Shown in pieces: positions 59,062 to 64,000 of a stretch of DNA of 64,000 nt (position 1 is its first letter; each line of letters starts with the position of its first letter). Source of the DNA: an uncultured virus (IMG/VR IMGVR_UViG_3300045599_000077) (lineage: Duplodnaviria > Heunggongvirae > Uroviricota > Caudoviricetes); IMG/VR virus record IMGVR_UViG_3300045599_000077. The stretch is one strand, 5' to 3'. The position numbers were made by a program, and so were the translations under genes. A model generated the notes under the pieces. That model was not told where the DNA came from, searched no databases, and saw only the letters and a list, made by a program, of their open reading frames with translations.

Positions 59062-62000
59062 ATGAAACAAAGACTCATTAAAATGTATCGATTTGGACGA
59101 GAATGTATTTCTGATGGGGTTATTAATGCAGAAAAAATGGAAGATCAAATCATATCTCTGTCGGATAGTTTTCTACTATTTGCTTGGGAATGTTATCGAA
59201 ACGAAAAGTTAGTCGATGGACAACTTATCACAGAACTCATTAAAGTCATGTTGCCTGCTTCAGAAGAAGCTGCCAAGATCGAGTGGGAAAATGGACTAAC
59301 GTTCAATGGTCAAAAATATTACGCATGGTTCGCAACCACTGGCGGCATGAAAAAAGAGGATTCCGGCAAATGTGAAACGATATTTATACGAGAAGATTGC
59401 CGGACGTTTGCAGAAGAATTTGAGGATTTAATTTCTCTCGGCAAGTTTAAGGAAATCGAAGAAAGCAAGAAGAAAATTTGCATCAATAAAGATATTCTAA
59501 GCCGGATCTCACTTGGAGTCAGTAGTTCTTTTATTGCTGGTGATATGCCCGATTTGATTGTATTGCCCCAGCCAAGATTTAAAATAGTGAAGGACTATAA
59601 GACAGTTGAAAAATACACAAAAGAAGTCGATGGGAAGACATTAGTCGATTATGAATTGGTAGATTATCACTTCGATGATGAGATTGATGTGTTTGATGGG
59701 GGTGCGATTGCTACTCCAAATGTATTCTCTCAAATTCAGGAATCGTTAAAATTAAATTATCCGGTTGAATTCGCTATCATCAGAGGTTACGGAATCGGCA
59801 TCAAAGGCATGATTACCAAGTTTGATATCATTGGATACTTGGATGAGATCTATAAGGAAGATACAGAATATTGCCGAAAAGTAAATGGTGAATATCAGTT
59901 GTTAGATATGTGGAAGCAATGGCAAACTGTAACGGACAACACGATCCTCTTGAATGAGAGCATGGTTAAGTTGGCTAAGTACTATGATTCCACCAAAGGC
60001 GAGAATATGAGTACCTATAAGGAAAGACTGGCAACGGTTGACCCCAAGTATAAGGATATAATCGGAAAACTGTATGTCACGAAAGTCAATAAACGAGAAA
60101 GTGACATTGAGGATTACAGAAGAACCAATTATCAATTAATCAATGCGTTGGCATTAAGTAAGGCTGACTACTTTGAATTGATCAAGGATGAAGTTCGATC
60201 TTATAAGAAAATTTTAAAGCCATTCAATAAAGCTAGTGACAAGGATGAATGGCTCATTAATATAGATGCAATACGACTGTTTTTCAGAAATATCATTAAA
60301 GGGGAATATGAAGATACAGAGAGCGAAGAATTCCAAGAGGAAGTTAAACGCATCAGTCAGAATGTCGTTACAAAATGTGAAGAATTACTCCATATTTCCG
60401 AGGATTTTGTAAAGTTGAAATTTGTGAAGAACAATCTTGCTAGAATGATAGAGAAGAAGTGCAGAGAGATTGCGAGTGGCAAATTCACCGTCAAAGCCAA
60501 ATATCAGTACATAGCCGTCTGTCCGATCTCCTATATGAACTTTGCCATGTTTCGTGACCAGTGTGAAAATGGGCTACAAGCTGGACAATTTTATAGTGCC
60601 GATTGTAACGATCGAGACATACGGACAATAAGCCGAAATCCATTGTGCGCTTATTCGGAAGTACATAACGTTTCATTTGTTAGAAATGATGAATTTGATA
60701 AATGGTTTAGTCCTTGTCGAGAATTGATTTATTTCAATCAAAAATCGGATATATTAGCCCTGATGTCATCGGCTGATACGGATGGCGATGCTTGTACAGT
60801 GATTGATAATGAGATCATCAGGAATGCAGTCGTTGTACCGAAAGATGGCAAGTATTTCTTCAATAAAGATGATGGTCATAAAGAAGAGATGGAATTTAAC
60901 TCTGAAAACCGTTTTTTGGCCACGTATAGAGCAAGCGGAAATTTAATCGGAAAAATCAGCCTGAAGGCAGCTAATATCAATTCGGATAGCCAAAAAACAC
61001 TCGATTATTATGATGTAGCCAATAACCAATTCATCCTTTTTAATTCGCTTGATATAGAAGACAAAGAAGAACGGCAAGCATATATTGACGTAAAATTGGA
61101 AAGTGGCGATTGGTTAACCACATATAAAGCAAGTGAACAACACCGGGAGTATATTAGACGACGGTTCTATGAGAATGAAAAGGACATTTATATTGTTCTT
61201 TATAATGCGATGGTCAGCATTGATGCACCGAAGACACTGTATTTTCCAAGTGCTGATGATATGAAGGTAATCGATAAAAAGTATCCCAGGAAAGCATGGT
61301 TTCTGCAATACAGGGAGAATAAAGAGGATGTAGTATTAAATCAGTACACCTATCAGTCTGGGCTTCTGGATATTTTTACAAAAGAAATCAGGACACAATT
61401 ATTAGATGTGATAGGTAAAATTCAACGGAAATTTGACAACCGGGCGGACATCATACAGCAAAAGTTAATCAATGGTGATTATAACACAGAGGACTATCCT
61501 TCTTGTATTGAAGCAGTTGAGAGTTTGTATAGTAGTTATACAAGTGATAGAGAGTTAGCCAATAAACAATATTTAAGCGAGAAGAAAAAGCTTGATAAGA
61601 AAAAACGGGAAGATATGAATCGGTATGGCTGGGACGAATTTAGAGAACAAGAATATCAAGCCGATGTAAAAAAGATAAAAGATGAGAGGTATACCAAATA
61701 TAAAGAGATTGATGTAGAGTATATTGTCTCAGCCGATAAGATCATTGATAAATATGATTTGGCTACAATTGCAAATGCCATTGGAAATATGAAAAATTGC
61801 ACCGAAGCATTTATCATTAACCTTTTTTATCCTGTGTTTGAATATCTCAATCAAAAACTTCAGAGTAACAGATGGGTATATAAAAAGGATGAAGATGGGG
61901 ATATTCGCTTCTTAGGTGAACGTTATGACAAAATTCCCATTGGGTTTGTAGATAATCGAGACATTGTAAAGAAGCATCATATCGATGAAAAGAAAAGGCT

Positions 62001-62295
62001 GAAAGTGATTAGCGTTAAGGCTGATATTAGAGCTAGGGTGCTGGATAAAGAAGCAATCAGTACGATCCAATCTGAATTGAAGAATCAAAACTATATCGTT
62101 TTTGATATTAAGGTAAATGATAACAAGGTAGTATTGTCGAGAGAGGATAAGGGATTGTTGGAAGTATTTAATGAATTTCTACAGATTAATCAATACAATT
62201 TGCTCAACTGTAGTAGTGTTAAATTTGAACTATTGGCTGATATCGCTAAAAGTAAGAAAAGTGTAAAATTGATTGCTACTGAGATTACGGTATAG
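59062..62295 (+). CDS. Single-subunit two-barrel RNA polymerase, eukaryotic RdRP/YonO-like
   Basis: Ordered motifs SRISLGVSS, FDG, IRGYGIGIKG, ESMVK, NYQ, GLQAGQF, SRNP (60634), SSADTDGD (60775-60789), IG.I, IDAPKT; GGAGG RBS. Confidence 0.85.
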   Translation: MKQRLIKMYRFGRECISDGVINAEKMEDQIISLSDSFLLFAWECYRNEKLVDGQLITELIKVMLPASEEAAKIEWENGLTFNGQKYYAWFATTGGMKKEDSGKCETIFIREDCRTFAEEFEDLISLGKFKEIEESKKKICINKDILSRISLGVSSSFIAGDMPDLIVLPQPRFKIVKDYKTVEKYTKEVDGKTLVDYELVDYHFDDEIDVFDGGAIATPNVFSQIQESLKLNYPVEFAIIRGYGIGIKGMITKFDIIGYLDEIYKEDTEYCRKVNGEYQLLDMWKQWQTVTDNTILLNESMVKLAKYYDSTKGENMSTYKERLATVDPKYKDIIGKLYVTKVNKRESDIEDYRRTNYQLINALALSKADYFELIKDEVRSYKKILKPFNKASDKDEWLINIDAIRLFFRNIIKGEYEDTESEEFQEEVKRISQNVVTKCEELLHISEDFVKLKFVKNNLARMIEKKCREIASGKFTVKAKYQYIAVCPISYMNFAMFRDQCENGLQAGQFYSADCNDRDIRTISRNPLCAYSEVHNVSFVRNDEFDKWFSPCRELIYFNQKSDILALMSSADTDGDACTVIDNEIIRNAVVVPKDGKYFFNKDDGHKEEMEFNSENRFLATYRASGNLIGKISLKAANINSDSQKTLDYYDVANNQFILFNSLDIEDKEERQAYIDVKLESGDWLTTYKASEQHREYIRRRFYENEKDIYIVLYNAMVSIDAPKTLYFPSADDMKVIDKKYPRKAWFLQYRENKEDVVLNQYTYQSGLLDIFTKEIRTQLLDVIGKIQRKFDNRADIIQQKLINGDYNTEDYPSCIEAVESLYSSYTSDRELANKQYLSEKKKLDKKKREDMNRYGWDEFREQEYQADVKKIKDERYTKYKEIDVEYIVSADKIIDKYDLATIANAIGNMKNCTEAFIINLFYPVFEYLNQKLQSNRWVYKKDEDGDIRFLGERYDKIPIGFVDNRDIVKKHHIDEKKRLKVISVKADIRARVLDKEAISTIQSELKNQNYIVFDIKVNDNKVVLSREDKGLLEVFNEFLQINQYNLLNCSSVKFELLADIAKSKKSVKLIATEITV

Positions 62296-62378
62296 AGTGG
62301 GCAAGCTTGCACTGGTTCACTTACGTTCACCGAGTGCAAGTCGTCCCGACCCACTTTTGTGGAATAGTGTAAACTATT
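62294..62378 (-). other. Branched hairpin element between polymerase and small gene
   Basis: Bottom strand ACTTGCACT-C-GGT-GA-AC-GTAA-GT-GA-ACC-AGTGCAAGC, closed by AGAGTGGG/CCCACTTT; further AATAGT-GTAA-ACTATT hairpin. Confidence 0.6.
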
Positions 62379-62401
62379 ACCTACAATTTGGAGGTCACTA
62401 T

Positions 62402-62584
62402 ATGAATGATACCATTGTCATTACACAAGAACGAATGGCTGGATGGCTCATGTTTAATCGATTTCATAAATTGGATGAAAAACTGGATTTAAAGAATCCG
62501 AATCGAAGGGTTTATATTTTTAAGGATTCTCCGCAATTAAGACAAGTCATGACCAAATATAACGAGTTTAAACAGCAGTTGTAG
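62402..62584 (+). CDS. Small DUF5659-like putative DNA-binding protein
   Basis: GGAGG RBS; MAGWLMFNRF...RVYIFKDSPQL...Y pattern. Confidence 0.65.
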   Translation: MNDTIVITQERMAGWLMFNRFHKLDEKLDLKNPNRRVYIFKDSPQLRQVMTKYNEFKQQL

Positions 62585-62601
62585 TCATGAGGGGGTTCAA
62601 T

Positions 62602-64000
62602 ATGGATGGGGAGCAAAACAAAAAAGTTATTATTGAGAATTTTGAATATAAGCGCCAGTATAAAGAAATCGTTACTTCTAACGGTGAAAAGTACATAGAT
62701 GCAAATAATTATACATATTGGACAACCAATATTACCGTTGAAGTATTAAAGCCGGAACAAATTGTTTTCCTAAACAATGATATAGAAAGATTTGCAAAGG
62801 AAGTCCAAGATAAATTTACAGGGCTATTTGATGCTAGAAAAAACAAAATCACCGAAGGACAAATAAAATTTAGCTATGATGCTACCCTAAGTATAATGGG
62901 AGAAGTGAGAAATCCTGACAAAATTACAATCATACCAGCAAAAGCTGGTTTTGGAAAGTCAAGCTACATATATTCCTTTTTAAGTAACCTATGTAGTCAT
63001 ATTAAGAATAATGATTCAAGTTCTTTTAGTGGACAAGGTGTTATAATCGTTACCGATAAAATAGAGTCACTTAGACAACTCGAGAAAGACATTTTTAAAG
63101 ATATGGACTATTATCATGTCGGAGATTATAAGACGAGATACACCTATATTCTTGAAGCTTGGAATAAGAATTCTTTTCGAGATGGTATATGTAAAAATGA
63201 AGCCATTGAAGAATATGAATATGGGATGTGTAGCGGCAATGAATGTCCATTTTATAACAACTGTAAAATGAGCTACCAAAAAAAGCAGCAGGTTTATAGT
63301 CCGATACTTCTTATTACCAATGCAAGATTTAGACAGTTTCAAGAGAGGATTGAAGAGTATAAAACCTGGATTGATAAGAACGGTAACTATCAAGAAAGAA
63401 ACATCGTAATTATTGATGAAAAGCCCACAATCATTGATGACTACAGGGTTGATACAGATTTGTTTTCTACGTTGAAGAAAACTGTGGAGGAAGTAAAAGT
63501 AGATGTTTCTGAAAATAAAAACAAAGAGTTTCTGCTGAAAGAATTATTAATGGTAGAAGATGAAGTATTAAACTTGAGAAGTGAAATGGGGCAGTATAGA
63601 AATTGCATTTATTGCGGAACTAAAGAAAAGCTATTTAGTGATGAATTTAATGAAAAATGGGGTGCGTTGATTGGTTATAAGCACATTAATTCATTAAATG
63701 CCTTAGAGAGAATGTTTACTCAGGGAGCGCTATGGTGTAATGCAAATGCCCCGTATTTTAAAACTCTTGGTATTAAACAATTTAATTATAGCGGCTTCAA
63801 AACATATATTTTTGATGCTACTGCTGAACTCGATCCTGATTATGATGATGAAAGGTTCCAATTTTTAAGTATAGACGACTATAAAAATTATGAGAACATT
63901 ACATTTCACATTTTCAGGGATAAAAAAATGAACATGAGTCGAAGTGCCTTGGATTTAAAGAAGCACTATTGGAAAAACAAAGCAGTTGCTGAATGGATCA
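62602..64000 (+). CDS. SF2-type helicase/ATPase with four-Cys cluster, partial (runs off window; absent from ORF track)
   Basis: Frame open from ATG 62602 to window end; PAKAGFGKS (62935), C-x12-C-x4-C-x5-C (63190-63264), IIDEKP (DE at 63415), FDAT (63814). Confidence 0.75.
   Translation, partial: MDGEQNKKVIIENFEYKRQYKEIVTSNGEKYIDANNYTYWTTNITVEVLKPEQIVFLNNDIERFAKEVQDKFTGLFDARKNKITEGQIKFSYDATLSIMGEVRNPDKITIIPAKAGFGKSSYIYSFLSNLCSHIKNNDSSSFSGQGVIIVTDKIESLRQLEKDIFKDMDYYHVGDYKTRYTYILEAWNKNSFRDGICKNEAIEEYEYGMCSGNECPFYNNCKMSYQKKQQVYSPILLITNARFRQFQERIEEYKTWIDKNGNYQERNIVIIDEKPTIIDDYRVDTDLFSTLKKTVEEVKVDVSENKNKEFLLKELLMVEDEVLNLRSEMGQYRNCIYCGTKEKLFSDEFNEKWGALIGYKHINSLNALERMFTQGALWCNANAPYFKTLGIKQFNYSGFKTYIFDATAELDPDYDDERFQFLSIDDYKNYENITFHIFRDKKMNMSRSALDLKKHYWKNKAVAEWI

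Larger units (their letters stand above)
50643..64000. mobile_element. Second genomic island (defence genes + RdRP-like polymerase module), right end outside window
   Basis: No housekeeping genes; starts at att-like site; AT-richer than prophage by eye. Confidence 0.55.

Noticed and set aside
62273..62401. N-terminal extension of the 103-aa track ORF
   Set aside because: Runs through the hairpin; strong RBS supports ATG 62402
63067..63393. 108-aa minus-strand ORF
   Set aside because: Antisense to the helicase frame that carries real motifs
1..64000. CRISPR array, tRNA or rRNA genes
   Set aside because: No regularly spaced repeat-spacer array or cloverleaf/rRNA-like sequence seen by eye; DUF2800 is a Cas4-like phage nuclease, not a cas locus

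Overview
Low-GC Firmicute (Bacillota) accessory DNA with no housekeeping core. (1) About 1-50.6 kb is an apparently intact siphovirus-type prophage with Phi-m46.1-like organisation; its left end lies outside the window. It carries an NgoAVII/CglI-type PLD-nuclease + Z1-helicase restriction module, HTH/ImmA-like control genes and a sigma-like activator with three matching promoter motifs. It also has a PolA/VirE replication block, a MetK + two-methyltransferase insert inside the packaging module, HK97-type head, long-tail and lysis genes, and a triple serine-recombinase cassette. Right-end cargo is vanRS-like + D,D-carboxypeptidase, a GNAT pseudogene, GrpB and an spw/ant(9)-like gene. It ends at an rlmD/rumA-like 'DMFP...HVECVV' att remnant near 50.64 kb. 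(2) About 50.65-64 kb is a second island: SNF2 helicase + Type III-like Mod/Res, a PC4/YdbC ssDNA-binding protein, and the most unusual module. That module is a stand-alone 1077-aa single-subunit two-barrel polymerase (eukaryotic RdRP/YonO-like, DTDGD), a bottom-strand hairpin with tandem GA pairs and a GTAA loop, a small DUF5659-like gene, and an SF2 helicase with a four-Cys cluster that runs off the window. Hidden features found by reading the DNA include a nested alternative-frame gene and about 10 TRD-like repeats inside the C5 methyltransferase, a -1 tail-chaperone frameshift, a structured leader RNA and a duplicated att arm. All family assignments come from motif recognition and recall, not database searches.
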